Shown one piece after another: positions 54,978-64,000 of a DNA stretch of 64,000 nucleotides. Below the pieces are notes generated by a model. That model worked only from the letters and a program-made list of their open reading frames with translations, was not told the origin of the DNA and did not search any database. The number at the start of each line of letters is the position of its first letter. The first letter of the stretch is position 1. Made by a program: the position numbers and the translations under genes. Origin of the DNA: Gammaproteobacteria bacterium (GTDB taxonomy: Bacteria; Pseudomonadota; Gammaproteobacteria; Francisellales; CACEW01); NCBI GenBank assembly GCA_965662575.1, contig CBFIHN010000001.1, positions 26,852-90,851 on the forward strand, given 5' to 3'.

Positions 54978-55673
54978 ATGACCACGCAAAACATCAAATC
55001 CCGCTATCAAAACACTCTCCGAGCCATTGAAGAATACAGTGATCTATATCATCGCAACGGCAAAGACATCCATCTATTAGCCGTCAGTAAAAAACAACCC
55101 ATAAAACACATTGAACAACTGTACCATTGCAACCATAAAGATTTTGGTGAGAACCAATTGCAAGAGGCGCTAGAAAAAATTGAGGCACTTAAACATTTAA
55201 GCGATATTTGTTGGCACTTTATCGGCAATATCCAAAGCAACAAAACTAACGATATTGCCCAGCACTTTTCTTGGGTACACAGCCTTGATCGTCTCAAAAT
55301 TGCACAGCGCTTAAGTGCTCAACGCCCCAAAGAACTGCCACCACTCAATGCCTTCATACAAGTTAATATTGATGGTGAAACACAAAAGTCTGGCATTGCA
55401 CCAGAGCAGGCGCTCGAACTAGCAGACGCTATGATTAAACTACCTAAACTTAGGCTATGCGGCCTAATGGTGCTACCCAAATCCTGCTCTGAATTTGGAC
55501 AGCAACGCAGTGCATTTGCCAAAGTTCGGCAGCTACAGGAACAGCTAGCTAAACAGGGCATTCCACTACATCAACTCTCTATGGGCATGAGTAATGACTT
55601 TGAAGCGGCGATCGCCGAGGGTAGCCATTGGGTACGCATTGGCACCCAACTATTTGGCAAAAGAGTGACTTAG
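54978..55673 (+). CDS. yggS: YggS-family pyridoxal-phosphate homeostasis protein
   Basis: 231 aa. LLAVSKKQP (PLP-Lys), FGENQLQE, HFIGNIQSNK and LSMGMSNDFEAAI. Confidence 0.9.
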   Translation: MTTQNIKSRYQNTLRAIEEYSDLYHRNGKDIHLLAVSKKQPIKHIEQLYHCNHKDFGENQLQEALEKIEALKHLSDICWHFIGNIQSNKTNDIAQHFSWVHSLDRLKIAQRLSAQRPKELPPLNAFIQVNIDGETQKSGIAPEQALELADAMIKLPKLRLCGLMVLPKSCSEFGQQRSAFAKVRQLQEQLAKQGIPLHQLSMGMSNDFEAAIAEGSHWVRIGTQLFGKRVT

Positions 55674-56022
55674 TACTACTTGATCCGTGCAACTTGACTA
55701 TCAGACAATCTTGCACCATATTGGCTTACCACCATCGATGATGCTCGACTGGCCAAATCACCGGCTTGAGCCCATGACATACCGTGACTCAACCCATATA
55801 AGATACCACCGGCATACATATCCCCTGCACCCGTTGCATCAACCATCGTTGTGGGATAGGGCGGCACCTCAATACAACGCTGCCCATCGAACAAAATTGA
55901 GCCCTGCGCTCCTCGTGTCAGCGCAAAAGTTGCTGTCCGTTTTTTTAAAGCTGCAACAACCGAATCAAGCTCGGCTTCACCAGTAAATTCTTTCGCTTCT
56001 TCTTCGTTACAAAAGAGTAGGT

Positions 56023-57114
56023 TAGGACTTACGCATTGACCAACTTAGATTTTTGTGCATGAGTATCAATAAAGCTTCTAATGGCGCTTGTAAAAAGATC
56101 CCGCTGTACTTCATACCAGTGGTTAATAATTTCATTAACCCTCATTAACTCTAGACACACAAATCCTTTCAGGGCGCAAAAAATGTGATTTTTAATTTGA
56201 TGTAGTCCACGCACCTGGAAGTGTTCAATGTGACACACTTGTTTGATAGCTCTGTGGTAGCGCTCAATAGACCAATGAGTGGCATGTACTCGTTCAAAAT
56301 CACCTTGATTAATGATTGGTAATTTGGCCAAATCTGGGACGCTTATAATGTAGTAGCGATATGATTTTTTGTATATCTGTCTAAACACCTTTACCATTCC
56401 ATAATCCTTTAAATACACTGTTTTCTGATCATTGTCCCAGTCCTCTAATTTTTGTATTTGAATGTACTGACCACGATCAATAGAGACGGTGCGATTGGTC
56501 TCTATACCAAACATAAAGGGAAGATTTTTTGCACGGATAAACTTCAAATTTGACAAGCTTGCATACCAGCTGTCACCAGTGACCCAGGATGGAGAAACTC
56601 CCCATGCAATAATCTCCTCTAACATTTCCAAAAAATAGTCATTTTTCGTCTTATTTTCAGATGAGTTATAAAGGCGATAATTAATAGGCACCGAAACACC
56701 AAAAGGGTCTGTATAGAACAAAGTAATAATATTCACGCCCTTGACTGTTCGCTTGTGTTTGCCGGACCAAAAATAACCTATTAGACTTGCTGTCCCCTTT
56801 TTCATGTATGGCTTATCTAGAACAGAATCATCAACACTGAGTATGCCATTACATATTTCTATATCATTCTTTACTTCGTTAAAAAGATCAATAGGATCAA
56901 AGCGCTCACGCTCTAAAAATCGATTGATACTATCATGAGATACATCTTCCATGATTGAGGAAAGACGCGTACAGCTTGTGTATTTTGGGTCGCTCATAAG
57001 ATACAAACTATATAAATTTTCATCACATTTGGCTGTCGAGGGTCTGCTTTTAGCTTTCATGCCAGTAAAAAAATAGATGCATTTTACAACACTCTTGTCA
57101 ATGCGTAAGTCCTA
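56023..57114 (-). mobile_element. 1092-bp insertion sequence with 18-bp perfect terminal inverted repeats and a 5-bp target duplication
   Basis: The IRs are TAGGACTTACGCATTGAC (56023-56040) and its exact reverse complement (57097-57114). The direct repeats TAGGT lie at 56018-56022 and 57115-57119. One 343-aa transposase ORF fills the element. Confidence 0.85.
56029..57060 (-). CDS. DDE transposase (IS4/IS701-like; family assignment tentative)
   Basis: 343 aa. The N-terminal YSLYLMSDPKYTSCTRLSSIMEDVSHDSINRFLERERFDPIDLF pattern recalls IS701-type transposases, from memory. Candidate DDE contexts are SVDDSVLDK, VTGDSWY and HWSIERYHRAIK. The stop codon lies inside the IR. Confidence 0.7.
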   Translation of the reverse strand: MKAKSRPSTAKCDENLYSLYLMSDPKYTSCTRLSSIMEDVSHDSINRFLERERFDPIDLFNEVKNDIEICNGILSVDDSVLDKPYMKKGTASLIGYFWSGKHKRTVKGVNIITLFYTDPFGVSVPINYRLYNSSENKTKNDYFLEMLEEIIAWGVSPSWVTGDSWYASLSNLKFIRAKNLPFMFGIETNRTVSIDRGQYIQIQKLEDWDNDQKTVYLKDYGMVKVFRQIYKKSYRYYIISVPDLAKLPIINQGDFERVHATHWSIERYHRAIKQVCHIEHFQVRGLHQIKNHIFCALKGFVCLELMRVNEIINHWYEVQRDLFTSAIRSFIDTHAQKSKLVNA

Positions 57115-57781
57115 TAGGTCAATGCCATCACCAATGATGGCCTCAAACTGTGACTTAAAGTATTTAACAATCCCCGGATCCGATAGGCTCAGCGCCATCT
57201 TGGCGCCATACTCTTTTGCTAGCGCTTTTCCTTCAAGCACTGCGGCCATCGCTGAGGTCGAGGTTGTTAAATAGCCTTCAATATAAAAAATATCAGCCTT
57301 TTCTAATCCCTGGTGATGTAATTGATTAGGCGATAGTGACTCACTGATACCCAAATAGCTATTCATCGTTCGTTCGCCATCCGGCGTTATCATTGAAATA
57401 CATTTCCCTGTTGTTTCATTCGAACGGCTTTGATGCAAAAAATTAGAGTGTAGACCAGTTGCATGTAAATCTTCCAAATAATGATCACCGGCAATATCAT
57501 CAGCCACCAAACAAGAATAAAACCCCTGACCGCCAAATTGCTGGAATGCCACCATGGTATTGGCTGCGGAACCCCCACTACTTTTCTGACGGATATTGTC
57601 ATAACCCAACGCATCCATTAAGGCATGATGACGCGTATCATTGACTAAAGTCATTAGACCTTTTTCAATGCCTGCTTGGATTAAAAAATCCTCGCTGACA
57701 TCAAACTCAATATCAAGCAATGCATTACCAATGCCGTATACATCAAATTTCATTTAGAATCCCAAACCCTCAAATAATCAC

Positions 57782-57868
57782 TGGTGCCGAGAAGAGGACT
57801 CGAACCTCCACGGAGTTGCCTCCACTAGCACCTGAAGCTAGCGTGTCTACCAATTCCACCACCTCGGC
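57782..57868 (-). tRNA. tRNA-Leu (anticodon CAG), class II with long variable arm, CCA encoded
   Basis: The reverse complement is GCCGAGGTGGTGGAATTGGTAGACACGCTAGCTTCAGGTGCTAGTGGAGGCAACTCCGTGGAGGTTCGAGTCCTCTTCTCGGCACCA. It has a 7-bp acceptor stem, anticodon stem CTAGC/GCTAG with loop TTCAGGT, a T-arm GGTTCGAGTCC, and is near-collinear with E. coli tRNA-Leu(CAG). Confidence 0.9.
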
Positions 57869-58003
57869 AAAAGGTTGGCCAATTTACTTGGACGGACAAC
57901 GAAAGTCAATTTCGATCTATAGGGGTAGCGCCCCTCGTGCATGAGCATCTGAAACCTGCTAAAATCGTTTTGGAGTTTTTACGTATTTTTAAGGAGCTAA
58001 CCC

Positions 58004-59011
58004 ATGCCAATTCGTGTTGCAATCAATGGTTATGGCCGTATCGGTCGCAATGTGCTACGCGCACTCTACGAGAGCAAAAAAGATGACATTAAAATCGTTG
58101 CAATTAATGACCTTGGCGCGCCGGATGTTAGCTTATTCCTAACCAAGCATGATACAACGCACGGATTATTCAACGCCGAGGTCGCTCTAGATGGTGACAG
58201 TATGGTTGTCAATGGCGATCGTATCCGGATGTTATCTGACCGCAATCCGGAAAACTTACCCTGGAAAGAGCTGGATGTCGATGTTGTTTACGAATGCACT
58301 GGCTTTTTTGCCAGCAAAGAAAAAGCTTCTGCACACTTAGTCGCAGGTGCAAAAAAAGTCATCATCTCAGCACCGGGCGGCAAAGACGTTGATGCAACCG
58401 TCGTTTATGGCGTGAACCACTCCGTATTGAAAGCATCTGACACGGTGATCTCTAACGCCTCTTGCACAACCAACTGTTTGGCACCAATTGCCAAAGTGCT
58501 CAACCAACATATCGGCATTGAACAGGGTTTAATGACGACTATTCACGCAGTCACCAACGACCAAAAACTCGTTGATGTTTACCATGCCGATGTCCGTCGC
58601 GCACGTGCTGCAACCCAATCAATGATCCCAACAAAAACTGGCGCCGCTGCCGCCGTTGGTCTCGTGCTTCCAGAACTCAACGGCAAATTAGATGGTTTTG
58701 CGATGCGCGTCCCAACAATTAATGTCTCTGTTGTTGACTTAACCTTCACCGCATCACGTGATACGAGCACTGAAGAAGTCAATCACTTGTTAAAAACAGC
58801 AGCAGACGCTGAGCTCAAAGGCGTATTAGGCTATAACAGTGACCCCTTAGTCTCTGTTGATTTTAACCACAACGCACACTCTTCTGTTTTTGATGCCACC
58901 CAAACAAAAGTGATTGGCCACTTAGTGAAAGTGTTATCTTGGTACGATAATGAATGGGGTTTTTCTAATCGGATGCTCGACACGACCCGCGCCCTGATGG
59001 CAGCATCATAG
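58004..59011 (+). CDS. gap: Glyceraldehyde-3-phosphate dehydrogenase (type I)
   Basis: 335 aa. INGYGRIGR and active site [12 protein letters not shown]. Confidence 0.95.
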   Translation: MPIRVAINGYGRIGRNVLRALYESKKDDIKIVAINDLGAPDVSLFLTKHDTTHGLFNAEVALDGDSMVVNGDRIRMLSDRNPENLPWKELDVDVVYECTGFFASKEKASAHLVAGAKKVIISAPGGKDVDATVVYGVNHSVLKASDTVISNASCTTNCLAPIAKVLNQHIGIEQGLMTTIHAVTNDQKLVDVYHADVRRARAATQSMIPTKTGAAAAVGLVLPELNGKLDGFAMRVPTINVSVVDLTFTASRDTSTEEVNHLLKTAADAELKGVLGYNSDPLVSVDFNHNAHSSVFDATQTKVIGHLVKVLSWYDNEWGFSNRMLDTTRALMAAS

Positions 59012-59064
59012 TGGCGCGTTTCATTAGCTAACGCCCCCATTATTATTATGAATCAAGGATCATC

Positions 59065-60243
59065 ATGACTTGCAAAAAACTCATCGACATCGATTGCAAA
59101 AACAAACGTGTTTTAGTGCGAGTTGATTTCAATGTGCCAATCAAGAATGGTCTGGTGACATCAGATGCTCGCATTCGCGCAGCATTACCGACTATCGAAA
59201 TGCTCTTAAAGCAAGACGCGAAAGTGATACTGATGTCACACCTAGGGCGCCCCACAGAAGGGGAGCTTTCAGCGGCCGTCTCTTTGCAGCCGGTGGCAGA
59301 ACATTTATCACAACTGATCAATAAAACCGTTCGCTTAACGCCACCAAATTGGATTGAGGGGGTTGAGGTAGCACCAGGGGAGATTGTCCTTTGCGAGAAT
59401 GTTCGCTGCCAACTGGGTGAAAAAGCTAACGATGATGCCTTGGCAAAGAAAATGGCCGCACTATGCGATATTTTTGTTATGGATGCCTTTGGGACTGCGC
59501 ACCGAGCACAAGCATCGACTCATGGTGTTGCCAAATTTGCACCCATTGCCTGTGCGGGCCCACTACTGACGGCTGAATTGGAGGCTTTAGGTAGCACGCT
59601 AGACAATCCAAAACGTCCGCTTGTTGCTATTGTAGGTGGATCAAAAGTCTCAACCAAACTGATGGTATTAAATGCATTGAGCGAACAAGTTGACCAACTC
59701 ATTGTCGGCGGCGGCATTGCCAATACTTTCTTAGCAGCAACGGGAAAGCCCATCGGCAAGTCACTATATGAACCCGAGTTAGTAGATGAATCACGGAAAC
59801 TCATGCGACACATTAGCGACCAGGGCGGCTTTATCCCATTACCATCGGATGTTGTGGTTGGTAAAGCATTTGCCGAAGACACGCTGGCAATGACTAAGCA
59901 AAGTGATGATGTTAGTGATGATGACTTAATTTTTGATATCGGCCCTGACTCTGCTCATCAACTGGCAGAAATCTTGCATAAAGCCGGCACCATTGTTTGG
60001 AATGGCCCTGTGGGTGTCTTTGAATTCTGCCAATTTAGCGCTGGCACCAAAGCCATTGCAAACGCAATTGCCCATAGCAACGCGTTTTCCATCGCCGGTG
60101 GTGGCGATACCTTAGCCGCCATCGATCAGTTTGGCATTCGTGACAAAATATCCTATATTTCAACTGGTGGCGGCGCCTTCCTGGAATTCCTAGAAGGCAA
60201 AAAATTACCGGCTGTCGACATTCTAGAAAGTCGCGGATCATAA
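59065..60243 (+). CDS. pgk: Phosphoglycerate kinase
   Basis: 392 aa. RVDFNVP, MSHLGRP and GGGDT motifs. Confidence 0.95.
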   Translation: MTCKKLIDIDCKNKRVLVRVDFNVPIKNGLVTSDARIRAALPTIEMLLKQDAKVILMSHLGRPTEGELSAAVSLQPVAEHLSQLINKTVRLTPPNWIEGVEVAPGEIVLCENVRCQLGEKANDDALAKKMAALCDIFVMDAFGTAHRAQASTHGVAKFAPIACAGPLLTAELEALGSTLDNPKRPLVAIVGGSKVSTKLMVLNALSEQVDQLIVGGGIANTFLAATGKPIGKSLYEPELVDESRKLMRHISDQGGFIPLPSDVVVGKAFAEDTLAMTKQSDDVSDDDLIFDIGPDSAHQLAEILHKAGTIVWNGPVGVFEFCQFSAGTKAIANAIAHSNAFSIAGGGDTLAAIDQFGIRDKISYISTGGGAFLEFLEGKKLPAVDILESRGS

Positions 60244-60302
60244 AACACCGGACTGTTTTCGATAGGGTGATTTATTTTGATTTCAAGTAAAGGAAAAATG
60301 AC

Positions 60303-61733
60303 GTGAGACGTACAAAAATTTTAGCAACTTTAGGCCCCGCTTCTGAATCAGAAGAGGTTTTGACCCAAATGATTCAGGCGGGATTGAATGCCGTGCGTTG
60401 TAATTTTTCTCATGGCACAGCACAAGATCACCAAGATCGAATCAAAAAAATTCGCGATGTATCGGCCAAAGCAGGAAAAACGATTGGCATCTTGGCTGAC
60501 TTACAAGGCCCAAAGATTCGGGTTGCTAAATTTAAACAATCAAAAGTCAAACTCACGGTAGGCCAAGAGTTTATTCTCGACGCCAAATTGGCTGATGATG
60601 CCGGCGATGAACACCAAGTTGGTATCGACTATAAAGAACTCCCTAATGATGTGAGCCAAGGTGACACTTTATTGCTTGATGACGGCAGAGTTGTCTTTGA
60701 AGTGCTAAGGGTTGAGACAAGCAAAGTGGTTTGCAAAGTATTAGTCGGTGATTATCTCTCTAACAATAAAGGCATTAATAAGAAAGGGGGCGGCCTGTCA
60801 ACTGCTGCACTAACCGATAAAGACAGACAAGACATTAAGACTGCCGCGAAAGCAAATGTTGATTACGTTGCCGTCTCTTTCGTACGCAATGCTGCAGACA
60901 TGTCAGAAGCTCGCCAATTGCTCGTTGACGCAGGATCAAATGCCGGCTTGATTGCAAAAATTGAACGCACCGAAGCGATGGATCATATCGATGAAATTCT
61001 TGAAGCTTCTGACGGAGTGATGGTCGCGCGCGGTGATTTAGCAGTTGAAATCGGTGATGAACATGTCCCTGCAGCACAAAAGCATATGATTAAACGTGCA
61101 CGCGAACTTGATCGCATTGCAATCACAGCAACCCAAATGCTCGAATCGATGATTGAATCACCGGCACCAACCCGCGCAGAGGTCTCAGATGTAGCGAATG
61201 CCGTGTTTGATGGCACAGACACCGTTATGCTATCAGCAGAAACCGCCATAGGGAAACACCCTGTCACCGTCATTGAAACGATGAACCGCGTGTGTTTAGC
61301 CGCAGAAAAAAGCGAGCGCACTCGCGTCTCCAAACATCGTGTTGAAATGCGCTTTAATCGTGTTGATGAAGCGATTGCCATGGCAACCATGTACACCGCC
61401 AATCACCTTGATGTCAAAGCGATTATTGCCTTAACAGAATCGGGATCCTCTGTGCTGTGGATGTCACGGATCAATTCACATTTACCAATCTTTGCCTTAA
61501 CCCGCAATCATGACACCATGGGCTTGGTGACTTTATACCGCGGCGTTGAACCCATTGCCTTTGACCCAACGCGGATGCCAAAGGACTATGTCAACCGCTC
61601 GGCTGTCGATGAATTGGTCAAACGCGGTATACTAAAAGATAATGACCTGGCGATGTTAACCTCAGGAGACCATATGGGCGATCATGGCGGCACCAACAAA
61701 ATGAAAATAATCTGTACTGGCAAGGTCATTTGA
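60303..61733 (+). CDS. pyk: Pyruvate kinase
   Basis: 476 aa with a GTG start. RRTKILATLGPA, MVARGDLAVEI and SAETA motifs. Confidence 0.95.
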   Translation: MRRTKILATLGPASESEEVLTQMIQAGLNAVRCNFSHGTAQDHQDRIKKIRDVSAKAGKTIGILADLQGPKIRVAKFKQSKVKLTVGQEFILDAKLADDAGDEHQVGIDYKELPNDVSQGDTLLLDDGRVVFEVLRVETSKVVCKVLVGDYLSNNKGINKKGGGLSTAALTDKDRQDIKTAAKANVDYVAVSFVRNAADMSEARQLLVDAGSNAGLIAKIERTEAMDHIDEILEASDGVMVARGDLAVEIGDEHVPAAQKHMIKRARELDRIAITATQMLESMIESPAPTRAEVSDVANAVFDGTDTVMLSAETAIGKHPVTVIETMNRVCLAAEKSERTRVSKHRVEMRFNRVDEAIAMATMYTANHLDVKAIIALTESGSSVLWMSRINSHLPIFALTRNHDTMGLVTLYRGVEPIAFDPTRMPKDYVNRSAVDELVKRGILKDNDLAMLTSGDHMGDHGGTNKMKIICTGKVI

Positions 61734-61738
61734 TTCCA

Positions 61739-62530
61739 ATGAAAAATTCAGATTTGCAAAGCAAAAAAATACGCAAACGTAGTATTTATTTTCTACCCAA
61801 CCTATTGACCACTGGCAGCTTATTCTTTGGGTTTTATGCCATTATTTCGGCGATGAACCATGAATTTACTCATGGCGCCATTGCTATTTTCATTGCCATG
61901 TTACTCGATGGACTCGATGGTCGCGTCGCCAGACTCATTAATGCACAAAGTGCTTTTGGCGCAGAGTATGACAGCCTGTCTGACCTCGTCTCCTTTGGTA
62001 TGGCGCCAGCATTGTTGATTTACAACTGGAGCCTTAACACCCTAGACCATCAATTACTGCACAAAGTCGGCTGGTTATGCGCTTTTCTTTATGTTGCATG
62101 TGTTGCATTACGACTTGCCAAGTTTAATATCCAAATTGATGAAGATGATATCCGGCCCAAAAAATATTTCTATGGTTTACCCTGCCCTTCTGCTGCCGCT
62201 TTAGTGGCGAGTTTGGTGTGGACCGGCAGCCTTTATCATCTGCATAACCTCACTATATCGATTATGTCAGCAATCATAGTCATTGCGGTTGCTGTCTTGA
62301 TGGTCAGTAATATTCGCTACCAGAGCTTTAAGCATATTGACCTCAAAGATCGCATCGGATTTGCTGTACTGGTTGTTATTGTCATGTTATTGATTTGTAT
62401 CGCCTTTCTACCTGCACATATGCTGCTACTAATTTTTGCCACGTATATTATTTCCGGGCCAACGGTAGCACTCAATCGCTTTCTTAAAAAACGTCGCCAT
62501 TTGAGCCAACGCAGAAAAACGCATGGATAA
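61739..62530 (+). CDS. pssA: CDP-diacylglycerol--serine O-phosphatidyltransferase (CDP-alcohol phosphatidyltransferase type)
   Basis: Multi-TM protein with DGLDGRVARLINAQSAFGAEYDSLSD (D-G-x2-A-R...G-x3-D-x3-D). The preferred start is ATG 61739. The ORF track begins at a TTG (61730) that overlaps the pyk stop. Confidence 0.85.
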   Translation: MKNSDLQSKKIRKRSIYFLPNLLTTGSLFFGFYAIISAMNHEFTHGAIAIFIAMLLDGLDGRVARLINAQSAFGAEYDSLSDLVSFGMAPALLIYNWSLNTLDHQLLHKVGWLCAFLYVACVALRLAKFNIQIDEDDIRPKKYFYGLPCPSAAALVASLVWTGSLYHLHNLTISIMSAIIVIAVAVLMVSNIRYQSFKHIDLKDRIGFAVLVVIVMLLICIAFLPAHMLLLIFATYIISGPTVALNRFLKKRRHLSQRRKTHG

Positions 62531-62903
62531 TCACCAATGTTTAGCTTTAATGGGCATTGATGTTTGGATTGAACGCAAAACAATACAACAACCTAAAAAC
62601 TCAAAGCCTCATCGATTGACGATTGTGCTTGACAACCAAGATACGCACAACCCCAAATGTCAGGCTTTACTTAGCAATATCTTGCATTACCTGAAAATTC
62701 AGATGACTGACTGCCAACTGATTGATAGCAAGCAATACAAATTGTTGACAGCACACAACGCAAACTCGATAATTCAATTTGGTAACGACAATTTAGACCA
62801 CGTTGACAGCAAAATAACTCAAACCATTGGCCTGAGCACCTTGCTTGAAATGCCACATAAAAAACAACAGGTACTGCATGACATTGCCAAACTGCCACTA
62901 TAA
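62523..62903 (+). CDS. holD: Probable DNA polymerase III psi subunit (HolD-like)
   Basis: 126 aa. The N-terminal LALMGIDVWIERK parallels E. coli psi LQQLGITQWSLRR, and the C-terminal LSTLLEMPHKKQQVLHDI parallels LTDLRANPTARAALWQQI. It lies directly upstream of rimI and overlaps it, as holD-rimI does in E. coli. Confidence 0.55.
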   Translation: MDNHQCLALMGIDVWIERKTIQQPKNSKPHRLTIVLDNQDTHNPKCQALLSNILHYLKIQMTDCQLIDSKQYKLLTAHNANSIIQFGNDNLDHVDSKITQTIGLSTLLEMPHKKQQVLHDIAKLPL

Positions 62904-63366
62904 AACACTTGGGTTAAAACACCTGCCAGAATTAATGGCCTTGGAACGCGCCACTTTCCTAGTTCCTTGGTCAGCATCACTCATGCGTGAAAGCTTACAA
63001 ACAGCACACCACAAGTCACTCGGCATGTACCTAAACACCCATGACCAGCCGATTGGTTATGCCACCTATTCACTGGTCTTGGATGAAGCAGAAATTCTCT
63101 CGATTTGCATTGCGCCGGACTATCATCGTAAGGGCTATGGCAAGCAACTACTTGACCGTGTTATTGCAAACATTATCCAGGCCAAAGCGCACATTTTATT
63201 TCTCGAGGTACGCGCATCAAATACGTCTGCCATTGAACTCTACCGCCAATTTGGATTTGAACAAATTGATTTACGACGAAACTATTATCGCATTCCTGAT
63301 AGCATTGAACATGAAGATGCTTTAGTCTTTCGCTTAAACTTAACTACCCACAAGGATCAAACATGA
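62878..63366 (+). CDS. rimI: Ribosomal-protein-alanine N-acetyltransferase (GNAT)
   Basis: The start MTLPNCHYKTLG is preferred. It is collinear with E. coli RimI (ICIAPDYHRKGYGKQLL, FLEVRASNTSAIELYRQFGF, RRNYY). Confidence 0.85.
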   Translation: MTLPNCHYKTLGLKHLPELMALERATFLVPWSASLMRESLQTAHHKSLGMYLNTHDQPIGYATYSLVLDEAEILSICIAPDYHRKGYGKQLLDRVIANIIQAKAHILFLEVRASNTSAIELYRQFGFEQIDLRRNYYRIPDSIEHEDALVFRLNLTTHKDQT

Positions 63367-64000
63367 CAGGTTCAGAATTATCAATCTGGCACCTCATCGG
63401 CAACGCCAGTGTCATTGTCAAATTCGTGATGCTAGTGCTGCTAACTGCCTCAATTTGGTCATGGACCTTGATCTTCCAGCGTATTGCATGCATCAAAAAA
63501 TCACGTCATGCGATGCGACAATTTGAGCGTGACTTTTGGTCAGGCACCGATCTTGCCGACTTCTATCGAAAACTCAGTCGTCATACGAATGGATCCCTAG
63601 CTGCTGGGCATATTTTTTGTGCTGGCTTCAAAGATTTTTTACGCATGCAAAAAAGTGGCCATCCCACGACGGAAGCAATCATTGAGGCTGTTCAACGCGC
63701 TATGCGAGTTGCCTTTATGCGCGAATCAGACCGCCTTGATAATGGCCTGCCCTGGTTAGCAACGATCGGATCTGTTAGCCCTTATGTCGGCTTGTTTGGC
63801 ACAGTTTGGGGCATTATGACTTCATTTCAGGCATTAGCAGGCGTCCAACAAGCGACACTAGCAATGGTTGCACCAGGGATTTCTGAAGCTCTCATTGCCA
63901 CTGCTTTAGGATTATTAGTCGCTATTCCTGCGGTCGTTGCCTACAACCGCTTTAATGCACATGTTGAACGCCTACTCAATGATTACGAAAACTTCCAAGA
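63363..64000 (+). CDS. tolQ: Tol-Pal system proton-channel protein TolQ (3' end beyond window)
   Basis: Not in the ORF track because there is no stop inside the window. ATG 63363 overlaps the rimI stop (ATGA). Manual translation gives MTGSELSIWHLIGNASVIVKFVMLVLLTASIWSWTLIFQR...GSVSPYVGLFGTVWGIM...ATLAMVAPGISEALIATALGLLVAIPAVVAYNRF, collinear with TolQ. Confidence 0.85.
   Translation, partial: MTGSELSIWHLIGNASVIVKFVMLVLLTASIWSWTLIFQRIACIKKSRHAMRQFERDFWSGTDLADFYRKLSRHTNGSLAAGHIFCAGFKDFLRMQKSGHPTTEAIIEAVQRAMRVAFMRESDRLDNGLPWLATIGSVSPYVGLFGTVWGIMTSFQALAGVQQATLAMVAPGISEALIATALGLLVAIPAVVAYNRFNAHVERLLNDYENFQ

Larger units (their letters stand above)
55676..57753 (-). pseudogene. PfkB-family (adenosine-kinase-like) sugar/nucleoside kinase gene interrupted by an IS
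   Basis: The N-fragment 57115-57753 (MKFDVYGIGNALLDIE...IIGDGIDL) and C-fragment 55676-56022 (LFCNEEEAKEF...DATGAGDMYAGG...) join in frame once the IS and one TSD copy are removed. The restored junction is GIDLLFCNEEEA, and the PfkB signature DATGAGD is present. Confidence 0.8.

Noticed and set aside
55687-55986. 99-aa plus-strand ORF after yggS
   Set aside because: It is antisense to the C-terminal fragment of the PfkB kinase, whose translation (DATGAGDMYAGG...) is clearly the genuine coding frame.
57754-58003. Possibility that tRNA-Leu marks an integrative island or prophage attachment site
   Set aside because: There is no integrase and no direct repeat of the tRNA 3' end nearby. The adjacent disruption is a simple IS insertion with its own 5-bp duplication. 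The flanking genes are core glycolysis genes.
59012-59064. Possible terminator hairpin between gap and pgk (GGCGCGTTTCATTAGCTAACGCC)
   Set aside because: The stem is only 4-5 bp and is not followed by a T-tract. gap and pgk are likely co-transcribed.

Overview
All homology calls come from motifs read by eye in the supplied translations and from manual re-translation of spacers. No database search was run.

This is a 64-kb stretch of an AT-rich chromosome with gammaproteobacterial-type core synteny. Housekeeping blocks flank a ~40-kb surface-glycan (O-antigen/capsule-like) locus that lies almost entirely on the minus strand.

Left flank:
- cydC (partial).
- A biotin locus: bioA, divergent from bioB-[bioF relic]-bioH-bioC-bioD, followed by birA.
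- purA.
- An orphan 580-aa lipoprotein.
- hflC-hflK-hflX-miaA, with no hfq between miaA and hflX.

Glycan locus (about 15.9-54.9 kb), three modules:
- Module A: PglF/E/D/C-like genes for a 2,4-diamino-trideoxyhexose starter, a GT4, a class-II GATase fused to a PP-loop amidotransferase, a Wzy-like protein and an orphan 450-aa protein. It is interrupted by a ~5-kb island carrying three divergent AAA+ ATPases with a PD-(D/E)xK-like motif, a dead epimerase gene and a vapC relic.
- Module B: a 14-gene operon with touching or overlapping genes. In order: manC, gmd, a neuB-like synthase, a NeuD-like acetyltransferase, a TIM-barrel protein, a CBS-DegT fusion, a CMP-sugar synthetase, a class-III aminotransferase, WbuX/HisH/HisF-like amidotransferase genes, an LbH acyltransferase, a CN-hydrolase and an SDR. 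It looks like a non-canonical nonulosonic-acid pathway.
- Module C: wzx, then wbpE-wbpD-[HEPN-MNT toxin-antitoxin]-wbpB-wbpA, an epimerase relic, a PseC-like aminotransferase and ugd.

An IS630-family element between modules B and C splits a 159-codon ORF.

Right flank:
- yggS.
- A PfkB kinase gene split by a 1092-bp IS.
- tRNA-Leu(CAG).
- gap-pgk-pyk, pssA, a holD-like ORF, rimI and tolQ (partial).

No rRNA, CRISPR array or prophage was seen.
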